Shown here: piece by piece, positions 11,953-26,900 of the stretch
Numbering within the stretch: the first letter of the stretch is position 1
How the letters are laid out: each line of letters begins with the position of its first letter
NCBI GenBank assembly: GCA_965649765.1
Contig: OZ287758.1
Location: 45,198,001 to 45,262,000, forward strand
Length of the DNA: 64,000 nt
Source: Bispira polyomma
Taxonomy: Eukaryota
Direction: 5' to 3'
The notes under the pieces: model-generated
Databases searched by the model: none
What the model was told of the DNA's origin: nothing
What the model saw: the letters and a program-made list of their open reading frames with translations, nothing else
Made by a program: the position numbers and the translations under genes

Positions 11953-14900
11953 CTGAAATCAGAGGTCAATACACAAATACATGAATGATGAATATACCTT
12001 TAAAAATGTTGCTTTTAAGTGAGTGTAAACTGATCGATTGAAGGTCTTCTTTCATTTATCACAGCCACTGTGACCTAGTGGTTAGCAATGTTAGCTTCGC
12101 AAGTACAGGACTAGCACCAGTGTGGGTTCAAGTTGGTTAAATTGATCCCTGTCTTTTTTAGTATCAATTCAGTCATGTCAAGATAGGCAAGAAAATTAGC
12201 ACAGTGGTGATGTGATAGTAACATTTCTAATTTTCTGTGGAGGATAGAGTTAACTGAGTGTTATAGATTTTTAGGGAAGTTTGGCAATAACAGCATTAAC
12301 ATGATTTGTGACCCTTCTATATTGCCTCCTGTCAAACCCAGATTATGTTCGACACCAGCGTAATCTGTCAGACTTTTGTTAAGTGAAGGCCTGATGAAAA
12401 AAAGGTGACATTAGTCATTATAAAAAACTGAAATAGATGTAGTTGTACCTATAATTTAAGGCAGTGTAAATGGTATATAAATACTATATATCACATATGT
12501 TGTTGTTCCTATAATCTTACAGGTAGTGTTGTGTAAATACTATATAAAAATAGTAAAAATATTTTTTTAGATATATGTACTGGTTCCTATAATTTACAGG
12601 TAGTGTAGTATAAACATTATAATATAACACATATGTAATGGTTCTTATAAGTTCCAAGCAGTGTAGTATAGATACTATTGAACAATGACAATCCAACATA
12701 CACTTTGTTGTACACTCCCAGCTGTCACTGTTACGTCTCCACTGCCTTGGATTCCAAAGGTGAAGGCCTTCACTGTATAAGGCTCTCCAAGGGTAGTGGA
12801 ACCTGTAGGAATTTATTGCATTTCTTATAATCAAATCTAGTATTTTTAAGGCACTAAATCCTCTCTACAAGATAACTCAAAGCACCATAACATCCTAATC
12901 AAATTCATAATAAAAAGGAAATAGCCAAAGTCGTCAAGAAAAAGATTAGAATTCAGCTAAGGAAAATAGAGGGATATGATGCAAAGATTTGGTTGAAAAG
13001 ATGAGACTAAAGGTAGTTCCCAAAAGATATAATGCTCTTTGCTATCATTATGGGTAGTGGACGATTATTCCAACAAGAATGAGTCAGATATGAGGCTGAT
13101 TTGTCGATATGACTAATGAGTGAATAACTGGACTTTTGTTTTATGTTTTGGAACCTTGAGAAAATGATAATATTTAGAGTCACTCGTGATGAACTGTATG
13201 GATGTATAAAATATTTTAGATAAACTGGCTAAAAGTTTTGTTTTGTAGATGAGGAGGTGCATTTTCAAAATGATTCCGTACAAAACAAGGAGTCTTGGTG
13301 AGTATTCGGCAAAAGTAGTTCTAAACAAACATGGGGGAAAAACTGGAAAAACATTGGGCAGGGAGTTGCAGTAGTATTATCAATCATACTCAGAGTACAT
13401 TTCAGTAATTAGTTACATCAGAGAAAAGAGAAACAAACTACTCATAGAGAGTAATTCAAAAGAAAAAAACAAAACAAAACATCAATACAAAATATATCAT
13501 CTGTTAACGATTATGATGTACCTCTTACAAATTTTTAATTGTTTTATATTATTTTATTATTGTACTGTTCATCTCCTACTGTGATATATATATATAAAAT
13601 TTATTATACTAAGAAATGTACACCAAAATTTGTTTCTGTGTGATTGACATGTTGGTATTAAAAGTGAATCAGTATGAAATCAATTCTTAATGATGTACAT
13701 GTTTGAAGCTTGCACCTTTGCACACATCATAATGTTTTTTGTTATATTTTAAAGTGACTAATGGATATGACAAGCAATATTATTTGTAACATAAAAAAGT
13801 ATATACTACTAAAAATCTTTATGTTTGATATACGCTAACTAAATAATTATACTATTGTATTAAGACCCTTGCTCCGGAACACAGACCAGTCTAGTGTAGC
13901 ATGTAATGCTACATACATAGTGTCTCGGATGACCACTTAAGACTTTTGACAAAGTGAAAATGTGCTTGTAAATTCTAATGCCGTGGTGACACTGGGCTTA
14001 GGTTTTGATTACACAAAAAATGGCTAACATAAGGTAAAACGTAATGAAATGTGAGCAGAATGTAGTGCATGTAAGTGAACATAAACATGCGTTACTAAGA
14101 TGGTCCCTTACTATCCCGTTATTTTTGGCTGTTTTCTAAAAACTTTCCTGAAATGGTTGGTGCGTTTGCGGGAAATGTACAACACATATTCAATGCGTAT
14201 TTAACTTAAAGGACACCAGACAAACTATACATCCAAATAATTTTTAAAACGAGCATAACGAGAACAAAATAGGTTCAGAAAGGTGGCTAACATATTATAA
14301 AACGTGGCCAACGATACAAACATAATTGAAACAGGAAAATTACTGAATGTGTTCAAAACAGCCCGTACATTGGGTTTTTTTTACGTTTCCCTGAATTTTC
14401 ACTTAGCTTGTCCCCCTTTTTTTACGTTTACGGAAATCAAAACGTACCAGACATAGCTCATTGTGACCAAGGCATGAGACTTGCTTATATTGCTATTAAA
14501 AGGTATTGTATACCAAGAATTACTGTGTCTAGAATTTATTTGGTATGTATACAGGTGCAGGTAAAACAGTTTGCTTTTTTAACTACTAACAATATACTTG
14601 CAATTATGCCACTATATTTGCATTTGCTGCAGTTATTGTCACTGATTTTGACAATGACATTTCAAAACTTAGAAAACTAACTTTGAAAATGTAGGACTTT
14701 GAAATGGCGCTGAGATGATTGAAGATAGATAAAGTGACATCCAACTTTGCTTTATCAATAAATTGATCATGAGGGGCCTAAAAACATTAACAGGGACAAA
14801 AACCGTGAAAAAGCTTCTCTGTGAGTACCTAATTCAAAGGTAAAATTTACTGTTGCATCTGGATCAAGCTTGAATATATTCGTAGCCCCTTCTTTTTGAA

Positions 14901-17900
14901 AGTAATGTTACTCACTATTGGCTATATAACATGAAAGAGCATCTGTATGTCATGAGGACAAAAATACAAAGGTGTTTGGTGGATTGGTATGAGGCAATTT
15001 ATTTTTCTTCATTTCAAGCATGACAAAGGCAATCACTAATTTCGAAAACATTCCACAAAACAAAAACACTTAGTAGTTTGCAAACCTTTGCCCTCAACCA
15101 ACAAGTTGAATAGGTTTATTAGCAACAGACGGAGACCTCTCAAAGCCGGCCATCTGAATGCATATCGATATGTAGATAAATAAGTTATTTGAACCCAAAA
15201 CCTACTTCCTAGTAGTACATGGTAAATACCTGTACACATTAAGTGCACCTTTGGTGCTCAGTATGCATTTAGCTGATATGCAGCACAATTTACTGGTTTC
15301 TTCCTTGGCACACAGTGCAACCCAAAAGTAACAGACAACAAATATACAAACAGATGGGTGAAAATATCTTTTATGTTTTTTTCATTTGCAGTTGTTATGC
15401 TCTGGTCTTTTATCCTGGACTGGCTAGCCGATAGAGTATCTGTACGTGGTAGATGGTCCCCAAAACAAATTCAAAATTAACAAATTTGGCAGAAGTCCAA
15501 TGAATTTGTCATGACAGACTCGTCACCACTGATACATAGTTAAAATGCAGTAAATTTTTTTTTTGGGTAAATTTCAATTATAAATATTTTTTGTATTTGG
15601 TGCTTTCAACTCTACTTTTTTAGCTCATCTAAACGATTTCCAATATATGTCCCTTTCGAATGACTGAACAAAAAAAAAAAGGTTCCTGTAGTTACACCTA
15701 TCAAAATGAACTGCTTTGTGATTAAGTTTGCTTGATGCCGATTTTGTTGACAAGTGATCACAACACTGTTAGACTAGTATCGTCTTGGACAGTATCGAGT
15801 GGTGAGATGATGTTTTCTGGCTTTTAGTATACACTTTGACCATAATGAATGAATACAGAGAGAGAGAGAGAGAGAGACCTACCCAATGTGTATGTGTCGC
15901 CTGCATCAAGTGAGATGGTTTGGTCAGAGTTGAGTAGAGCAAGTACTGGATCCACAAAGCTTAGAGGTTCAATGCTTAGAGTGAAGCCGTTACTGGAGAA
16001 GAAAGATTCCTGTGATGTGGAGGTGTCATCACATGCTGAAACCAAGGAGAACAGCTATAGTAGTACAATAATATGATTTTGAAGAATAGTAAAGGTTTTT
16101 AGCAGCCCAAGGGCTAATCTTGTTTGGTGGAGACCCTGACAAAATCAGGGTATTATTATAATCAGTTAACCTACAATAACCTACAATAAAATAAAACACT
16201 CATATACAATAAATTTAGTGAAAGTCCTGTTATTTAAATGTAATATTTTTAAAATTCCTTTATTGTTTTTATTGCATGAACAGAAGAACACATTAATACC
16301 ATATTAACCCTATACATAAGTAAAACAGAAACACATAAGTTTAAAAATAAACCTTAGTACAATACACAGCATAATGTAGTTTGGTGGTGATCTCACTTTT
16401 TTCAGAGAGATATTTCAGATTTCTAGACGTTTCTTCGTACCATTTTTTTCATAACAGAAGAATGGCTGTATGCAATTTAAAAATGCAAGTAGTTTCGAAT
16501 AGGTAGACAGAACAAATCCATTTGCTTACAAAGATTATGAAAGATGTGCATTTAAGTTTGAACTATTATAATTAGATAAAATATAAAATACAAATGATTT
16601 TATATTTAAAAAAGGTAGGCTATGCAACGCCCGCAAATACATCTTTTGCTCAATATAAAAAACACTGAAGAAAAAATGTGTGGCTGTTCTATCTTTGTGC
16701 AGTAGGCCCTGGAAGTAAAAAACATACCAGGTCACTGATTCTTTGGGGGCTGGCACAATAAGAATTTTAGCTCACTGGTAATATGGGTAAAACTATTCAT
16801 ATGTAAAAAGTTAATGTTGTCCCCTGTGGGTCATGGTACCACTTGACACATATTTCATTATTTAAAAACATGTATTCTTTTATTATAAAGACAAATGTCC
16901 TGCACATTAATTTATAGTCTTGAACTAGCCTCCACCAGTGATCCTACTTATTCCCATTGTTTAGTTCTTACAATGTGACAGTTACCATGAAGACCATTTT
17001 AAGGGTCATTTCAAGTGTCACTGGGTGCGTGTGATGCAACATTTGTAAAGGTCGTCCCATTGTTTAGCTTACAATGTTCTGTTTTGATTGCAATTAATTT
17101 AACTGGTCTAGTGATTAGGGTGCTGGTCTAGTTTTATTTGGTGGGATAAAATCTTTGGACAAGATATAAACATAAGTTTGCCTAGTGGCTGCAAATACCA
17201 GTTAAAATGATGGTCATATATTTTACTAATTTTACTAAGTAATATCTCCAGTGGCAGATTAAAGATCTTTGGGGACATTGATAAATGGTCATTCTTATGA
17301 AACCCTCGGCGCCCATAGTGGCTGCCCATGAGGATACCCTGTATTGTATAAGTGCACTATAACAAATATCCTAGTTCATTTTATTTTTCATTTTATTTTT
17401 CAATTGTACATCTCTTCGACATCTAGTATTTTAGTCTACATGGCTCTACACCCCAACTTGAGATAAGGTGACCATGAAGAATTTTGAAATAAAGGTGATA
17501 TAACTTGACATAAAGTCACCCAAACTTAAAGAAAAGGTAGTGAACTTTAAAGAGTGAGGGTGTTTTTAATTTTGTTTACGGTCACCCTTAGAAACAATTT
17601 ACTGAAGATATGGTTAAGTTTAAATAATATACAGTTGCCACATTCCACAAAATACTAAATCATGAACCATTACCATTACAAATGAGTACTAACAAGGCCA
17701 TAAATAGCCAAGCACACTTGCTGTAGGCCTGATTTGTTTTGTCCCTAAAAGCAGTTTTTAATCTAGTATTGGCTGTTTTGCTTAGGTATGTTTCTGAGTA
17801 CCTAAATTGACAAATTACAAGTCAACATTCAAGCAGTAGTGACTATTATTTTTGAAACCGGGAAAAAACATATGTGATAGGTAATTAGCGTAGACATTCT

Positions 17901-20900
17901 TAACTCCTGCTATGTGAATGAGTGCAAATTTAATGTTACGTCGAGCTGTTTCCAAACAAATGGATCTTGTCATTGTTGTTAGGCTCTGATCCCTCAAGCG
18001 ACTGAAGGTAAGAGAGTCTACCACTGCTGCGTTGTCACATCATACTTTGACAGTGGCATTTTTAAGTGATTGCCCCACATATGTGATAACACCACCAAAA
18101 CGATCCACATTTCAAAATGCACAATACCATAGTCATGAGGTTTTGAGAGGGGGGGGGGATGACAGCATATACACTGCTGTCTCACATACACATAGCCCTA
18201 ATGACCTGCGACGAGGTGTCAACATGTACTTAATGAACATCACCACTTGTTAAGTAACAATAATGACTGCACTGTACTCACCAAGGCTTGTCACTGGGTT
18301 GTCTAAAATAAAACAAAGTGAGACACATTTAAATTTTGTCAGACAATTAAGTTATAACTAGAAAGACACTAAGTAGAGCACCAGCCCCAGCAAACCCCCC
18401 CCCCCTCCCCACCCCCCAAAAAATAAAATAAAAAATAAAATAAAAAATAATTAAACAAAGAAAAAAAGTTATTTTTTTTCTAGGAACCACCCTTCTGCCA
18501 GCCTCAATAGACCACCATATTACAACACCAAATTTCATATACATTTGCTCAGTAGGTTTTTGTGTGTAATCTTGATGACAAACAGACAAACCAACAGAGA
18601 GAGACGCTACATAACGTCCTTGGTAGAGGTAGCAGAAAATGATGACCTTGACAAATGACCATGTCCACAATATAGTACCAATAATCAAATTGCTTTAGAG
18701 GAATGGCTAAAAGTGAACTTCCTAAAGCTATTATTAAATAAAATGATTAGCAATGGTTTTATGATGTTAGAGGTGTTGAATATTTATTTATTTAAATTGT
18801 ACTAAAATTGTAAAGTGCTATATAAAGGTATATAAGTGCTTTATAAATGTAATGTTATGCCAATAAAATACTCATCCTAATACATATACTGTTGAAATAA
18901 TAGATAATGAAAAAAAAATAGATAATTTGAAAACACAATTCTGAAGTACTGGTGCTGATTGGCTGTACTTTGGCAGTTGGAAAAAAGCTAATGACCGTGA
19001 CTGAAAACGATAAAGGTACATTAATATGTAAAGTATAGCAAACAAAAGAGGTAATTCTTTAAAGTTGATCCATTTTAGAGTGAACCTTCAACATACCAAA
19101 CATTTCCATTAAAACATATAAACTGGCTCCCAATTAACTATTGTATGTACATTTTAATTTACCTGTTGTGACATTAAAAAAACGACATATATATTTGCAA
19201 TATTGTTTGACTACAGGTTTAACTACTATCTGTATTAAAGTTTGCAATTTCAGTTACTGTGAGCATCGAAGAAAGCCATGGGATGTCCATTAATGAACAT
19301 CTCCAAGGTTCTTGAAGCCTGCCACCAGAGTTAGGGCCCAATGAAAGAGGACCATATGTAGTGGTCACTTGAGCCACAATGTGTCTGTTTGTACTTGAAC
19401 CAAACTAATATTTAACTAACAGGAGCGAACAAACATGCAAATGTCTGACATTTTAAGAGATCAAATCGACTCACCTACACAACCTGTTACCAGTATATTG
19501 GACAAAATTGCACTCTCGCCTTTTGGCCTAAACTGCTTGAGACGTACTATGGTAACATTGTATATCTTCCCTCCCAGGTCAAACTCGATATCATGCTCCT
19601 CAGATTCATCTAATTGGCTCTAAATAATAGACACTGTAAGATTTACTTTGTAACCAGGCTTACAATTTTCAAAAAATCAAAACAGTTGCTATAGACGCAA
19701 TAGAAGTAAATCATGTAAATATATATCAACATATATATGTGTGTCGTTTTCAAGGTAAGCGTATTGAGTTCCAGGACAGATATTCACACATTTTTTTCAG
19801 GAAACAACATATTTCACTCTTTGGTCAAAATGTACGAGAAAATTTGAACATTGCTAAAGAATGAGAGTCTTAAAACTTATGACATTATGGGGACAAATCT
19901 AAAAAAAAATGCTCGAGTTATGCTAAGAATTAACAGTGTATAGACCTGGTTTTAGTTCATAAGTATGTGTAGTGGATGTAGTAGTTACTGTTAATGTAGG
20001 ATTGGAAACAGGTTGAGATGGAATAGCATATTTTGTAACCCAAATAGCTGAAATTGTGTTCAGCAACCCTGATACTGGTTTCTATTACTTGTAAAATTTT
20101 AAGATGCTACATCTTGAACTGCCAAAAAGACAAAACTGATCTTAAATATAGTAAATGTGAGAAAAATGAATAATTGAATAGTACGTGACCAAATAAATCT
20201 ATTCTCATCTATTCAATACAATAAAAAAAATAAATTTTCTACCAATACCGAGCAAATTGTTATAGCTCTTTTTGATTAATGATTAATTTGACGTTTTTCA
20301 TGGTGGTAAATATCTTTACACTCACAAACTGTTGAGTGGGCTTGGATGTGTTAGCTATCAACACCATTTTGACACTGGTTACACGCTGAACTGTTGCAGA
20401 AAAACTAAGCAGGTCGAATGGCTCCCTGTTAGACCGTTGTATCCAGATATTGTCACCCGCTGGCTTAATGTAAGTTCTTCCTGATCCAGCAGCAGCAGCA
20501 TTGGGTTCTGGATCTTCTACATCCTTTGTACGAATAATTTCCAAGTCTAACTGATTGAAGGTGGATGTAATAAAGCGTTTTCCCTCTGGACAGTCATCTA
20601 TTGGACGAGCTGCAGTAAAACATTTGAGTGAATTATGATTATTCTGTCTGATGTCTATGTTGATTAATTTACTTGGGTTTTAACATTGCTGTCAACAGGC
20701 TTTTGTCAGATTCTAACCATCAGTTCACTGGTGGGGGAAATCAGAACAGGGTAATTGCTCAAGGTTCCCTGCTATGTGAACCTAGTCTACTGACATCTTT
20801 ACCATACAAAGACCAAGGCCTAAATTCGAACCCATGATGGTACAGGTGAGGGAAGTGTCGTAATATTACACCAAATAGGGCAAGTACCTGACACACATTC

Positions 20901-23900
20901 CTATGAGATTGATTAATTACTTGATTGGAGTTTTAACCTCACTTTAAACACATTGTAGAGGGCAGTTTTACTGGTGGAGGAAAGCAGTGAATACTAGTTA
21001 GTCAAGATGTTACACTGTAAACAACCAGACATCGGCAAGTAGCTGCCTACTGTCCCACATGAAGCAGTTCCTGAGATTTGAGTTTCTGACCTTAGTGGTG
21101 ATAGATAATGGCTTTGTTATGTCACTGGAGTCCCTCGTCAAGTCGTCCACAGAGTAGTATATATACTGGTAATAGCCCATTTTCTTCAAATTCACAATCA
21201 TGAATTCAACACCATATAGTGAGAAATTAATCTTACCAACACAGGCAATAATGGTCACTTCCGACAACAGCAAGTTTTCACCATTGAAATTGTTTATCTT
21301 TAATTCGGACACATTGTCTATTCCACCTTTTACTGGAAAGCAATTCAGTTCTGCTGGCTTGGTAATTAGTACCTTTAGAAAAAAAAAACCACAATTAATA
21401 ATGTACCTGTTTGCGCATATGCATTATCTTAATTTCTTCATTTCTAACTACTTGCATACAAAGAAAAGTGTTGTTCAATCATTGTATTTTGAGATAGTCT
21501 TAGGGAAATAGTGTTATACCCTGTGTAGAGTCTTTTCTAGAAAACCGGGGCTGCCTTGGCCAAGTGGCTAGCAAGCATTGTGCTTTACAATCACTGGTCT
21601 CTCAACTCTGGGCGGCGTGATCTCGAATCCCCTCAATGCCTATGTGGGAAAGGTGGTAGTTCCTTACTGTGGTTTCAGTGCAGAACCTTGATCAACTGTA
21701 TGCAGTGTTTCCTCCAGCGTTTCCAGCTACCCGTCCCAATATAACCTAAACAGGTACTAGAGTGGACGTTAAATATCCAAATTCAAATCAACTTCCTAGA
21801 AAACCGAGATGTATGAACCAGTTCTGTCACCTATAGAAAGGGAATGCCTCACAGTTGTTGCTGTGTGGAACAACAATTTGGAGCAATATTTCCTTTTATC
21901 GAACTTGGGGACTTTGAGAAAAGTTAGTTTTGTTTTACATGAAAGGCTAAATGTGAACTAAGTATATTTTGTATAACAGAGCTTATTCTGCATATTGTTT
22001 TGATGCAGGAGTTGTACTTTCTTTGAGTTTTGATCATTTGACTCTTTGACACTTACTGTCTCTGTGGTTGAACTGCTCCCCTGTACCACTATAAGATCAG
22101 CTTCACTAACTTCTGATAACGTAAAACAAAATCGTTTGAGGGTGAACATGCTTGTTGTGAATAGTGTGGGACTCAGTGTGTAGCTGAACTCATCCTGATC
22201 AGTCACTGTGATTCCATTATCTGACCCAGTAAAGGCTATAGTTGGATTGGTTAGGCTGAAAGCTAAACTTTTTGCAACAAAATGATTACTGTCGAAAGTT
22301 GCTGTGGCGATGCCTTCATTTTCAGAGCACACTATTGGAGGTGTGGTTGTGATTGGAGTAGTGGTGGTTGGTGTGGTGGTTGGTATTTTGCTAGTTGTTG
22401 TGGTGGTTGGAGTTGTTGTACTTGGTATAGTGGTGGTTGTGGTGGTTGGTGCGGTTGGTGTTGTGGTTGGTTTTGTGGTAGTTTGTGTAGTTGTTGTCAT
22501 GGTTGATGTGGTCGTTGGCTTGGTTGTGGTAGTTGTGGGCTTAGTGGTGGTCTTCTCTGTTACAAAATATATGTACAATTATAGTACAACAATTATGGTT
22601 TTTGGTTACATCAACATAAGACTGATAGGTGAATTAAAGAGTTAAACATTTACCAAGTCATCGTAAAATATTTAAAAAATACTCAAATGTTTTAGTAAAC
22701 CAATGACCTTGGACCATGTCCACAATCTAGTGACAATGGTCAAATTGTTTTTAGAGGAATGGCAAAGAATAAAGTTTCTTGAACTACTACTGATTAAAAT
22801 GATCAGCAGTGATTTGGTGGTTTTCGGGATTTTGCCAATAAAATACATGCTCTAATACATGTACTGGTAAAAAAATAGATTATTTGAAAACAATTCTAAA
22901 TCAGGGAATGGCCGTTACTTGTGGTGATTGGCTGTACTTTAACAAACACAAAAACGTTAATTATCATGGCTGAATACCAGATAAAGGTACATCAATATGT
23001 CAAGTATAAATATTAACAGAAATAAGATACCATTCTTGAACCATTTTAGCGTGATCCTTCAACATACTAACCATTTTTGTTAAAACATATCAACTGGCTC
23101 CCAATTGACTACTGTATATTTTATTTAACTGTCGTCACATTTAAAATAAAACATATATATTTGCAAAATTGTTTAACTACAAGTTTAACTAACATCTGTA
23201 TCTGTATGAAAGTGATAAGTTTTTTTAAATTTCAGTTACTGTGACTTTTATTACAGTGAGCTTCAGAGAAAGGCTCAGGATGACAATTAATGGGCATCTC
23301 CAACGTTGCAATGACAGAGGGCCATTTTAAGTGGTCACCTAAGCCGCAATGTTGCTGTCTGTACTTGAACCAAAGACATATTTAACTAGCATGAGCAAAC
23401 AAACATCTGAATGTTTGACATGTTAAGAGATCAAATCCACTCACCTACACAACCTGTTACCAGTATATTGGACAAAATTGCACTCTCGCCTTTCGGCCTA
23501 AACTGCCTGAGACGTACCATGGTAACATTGTATGTCTTCCCTCCCAGGTCAAACTCGATATTATGCTCCTCAGATTCATCTAATTGGCTCTAAATAATAG
23601 ACACAGTAAGATTTAGTGTGTAACCAGGCTTACAATTTTCAAAAAAACCAAAACAATTGCTATAGACACAATAGAAGCAAAGCCTGTATATATGTGTGTC
23701 GTTTTCAAGGTAAGTGTATTGAGTTCCAGGACAGATATTCACACATTTTCTCAGGAAACAACATATTTCACTCTTGGGTCAAAATGTACGAGAAAATTTG
23801 AACATTGTCAAAGAATGAGAGTCTTGAAACTTATGACATTATGTGGCCAAATCTCAAAAGAAATGCTAGAGTTATGCTAGGAATTAACAGTGTATAGACC

Positions 23901-26900
23901 TAGTTTTAGTTCACGAGTATGTGTAGTGGATGTAGTAGTAACTGTTAATTTAGTATGGGAAACAGATTGAGATGGAAAAGCATATTTTGTAATCCAAATA
24001 GCTAAAATTGTGTTCAGCAATTGGTAGATTACTCTAATACTGGTTTCTATTTCTTGTAAAATTTTAAAATGCTACATCTTGAACTGCAAAAAAGACAAAA
24101 CTGATCTTAAATATAGTAAATGTGGGGAAAATGATTAATTAAATAGTACTTGACCAAATACATCTATTCTCATTCAGACAAGATAAAAAATTTTCTACCA
24201 ATACAGGGCAAAATGTTATAGCTCTTTTTGATTAATGATTAATTTGACGTTTTTCATGGTGGTAAATATCTTTACACTCACAAACTGTTGAGTGGGCTTG
24301 GATGTGTTAGCTATCAACACCATTCTGACACTAGTTACAAGCTGAACTGTGGCAGAAAAACTAAGCAGGTCAAATGGCTCCCTGTTAGACCGTTGTATCC
24401 AGATATTGTCACCCGCTGGCTTAATGTAAGTTCTTCCTGATCCAGCAGCAGCAGCATTGGGTTCTGGGTCTTCTACATCCTTTGTACGAATAATTTCCAA
24501 GTCTAACTGATTGAAGGTGGATGAAATAAAGCGTTTTCCCTCTGGGCAGTCATATATTGGACGAGCTGCAGTAAAACATTTGAGTGAATTATGATTATTC
24601 TGTCTGATGTCTATGTTGATTAATTTACTTGGGTTTTAACATTGCTGTCAACAGGCTTTTGTCAGATTCTAACCATCAGTTCACTGGTGGGGGAAATCAG
24701 AACAGGGTAGTTGCTCAAGGTTCCCTGCTATGTGAACCAAGTCTACTGACATCTTTACCATACAAAGACCAAGGCCTAAATTCGAACCCATGGTGGTACA
24801 GGTGAGGGGAGTGTGGTAATATTACACCAAATAGGGCAAGTACCTGACACACATTCCTATGAGATTGATTAATTACTTGATTGGAGTTTTAACCTCACTT
24901 TAAACACATTGTAGAGGGCAGTTTTACTGGTGGAGGAAAGCAGTGAATACTAGTTAGTCAAGATTTTACACTGTAAACAACCAGACATCGGCAAGTAGCT
25001 GCCTACTGTCCCACATGAAGCAGTTCCTGAGATTTGAACTAAGAACCTTAGAGGTGATAGATAACTGCTCTGTTATGTCACTGGAGTCCCTCGTCAAGTC
25101 AACCACAAAGTAGTATATATACTGGTAATAGCCCATTTTCTTCAAATTCACAGTCATGAATTAAACACCATATAGTGAGAAATTAATCTTACCAACACAG
25201 GCAATAATGGTCACTTCTGACAACAGCAAGTTTTCACCATTGAAATTGTTTATCTTTAATTCGGACACATTGTCTATTCCACCTTTTACTGGAAAGCAAT
25301 TCAGTTCTGCTGGCTTGGTAATTAGTACCTTTTAAAAAAAAACACAATTAATAATGTACCTGTTTGCACATATGAATCTTAATTTCTTCATTTCTAACTA
25401 CCTGCATATAAGAAAATGGGTTGTTGAATCATTTTATGTTGAGATAGCCTTGGGAAAATAGTGTTATACCCTGTGTAGAGTCTTTTTTAGAAAACCGAGA
25501 TGGATGAACCAGTTCTGTCACCTATAAAAAGGGGATCCCTCACAGTTGATGCTGTGTGGAACAACAATTTGGAGCAATATTTTGTTTTATCGAACTTGGA
25601 GACTTTGAGAAAAGTTAGTTTTGTTTTACATGAAAGGCTAAATGGGAACTAAATATGTTTTGTATAACAGAGCTTATTCTGCATATTGTTTTGATGCAGT
25701 TGTATTTTCTTTGAGTTTTGATCATTTGACTCTTTGACACTTACTGTCTCCGTGGTTGAACTGCTCCCCTGTACCACTATAAGATCAGCTTCACTAACTT
25801 CTGATAACGTAAAACAAAATCGTTTGAGGGTGAACATGCTTGTTGTGAATAGTGTGGGACTCAGTGTGTAGCTGAACTCATCCTGATCAGTCACTGTGAT
25901 TCCATTATCTGACCCAGTAAAGGCTATAGTTGGATTGGTTAGGCTGAAAGCTAAACTTTTTGCAACAAAATGATTACTGTCAAAAGTTGCTGTGGCGATG
26001 CTTTCATTTTCAGAGCACACTATTGGAGGTGTGGTTGTGATTGGAGTAGTGGTGGATGGTGTGGGGGTTGTGGTTGGTATTTTGCTAGTTGTTGTGGTGG
26101 TTGGAGTTGTTGTGCTTGGTATAGTGGTGGTTGTTGTGGTGGTTGGTGCGGTTGGTGTTGTGGTTGGTTTTGTGGTAGTTTGTGTAGTTGTTGTCATGGT
26201 TGATGTGGTCGTTGGCTTGGTGGTGGTAGTTGTGGGCTTAGTGGTGGTCTTCTCTGTTACAAAATATATGTAGAATTATAGTACAATAATTATGGTTTCT
26301 GGTTACATCAACATAAGACTGATAGGTGAATTAAAGAGTTAAACATTTACCAAGTCATCATAAAATATTTAAAAAATACTCAAATGTTTTAGTAAACCAA
26401 TGACCTTGGACCATGTCCACAATCTAGTGACAATGGTCAAAATGTTTTTAGAGGAATGGCAAAGAGTAAAGTTCCTTGAACTACTACTGATTAAAATGAT
26501 CAGCAGTGATTTGGTGGTTTTAGGGATGTTGCCAATAAAATACATGCTCTAATATATGTACTGGTAAAAAAATAGATAATTTGAAAACAATTCTGAATCA
26601 GGGAATGGCCGTTACTGGTGCTGGTTGTCTGTACTTAAACAAACACAAAAACGTTAATTATCATGGCTGAATACCTGATAAAGGTACATCAATATGTCAA
26701 GTATAAATATTAACAGAAATAAGATACCATTCTTGAACCATTTTAGCGTGATCCTTCAACATACTAACCATTTTTGTTAAAACATATCAACTGGCTCCCA
26801 ATTGACTACTGTATATTTTATTTAACTGTCGTCACATTTAAAATACAACATATATATTTGCAAAATTGTTTAACTACAAGTTTAACTAACATCTGTATCT

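Noticed and set aside
21548-21635. tRNA gene
   Set aside because: A/B boxes are present, but I could not form a cloverleaf; it continues into a SINE body and is bounded by a target-site duplication.
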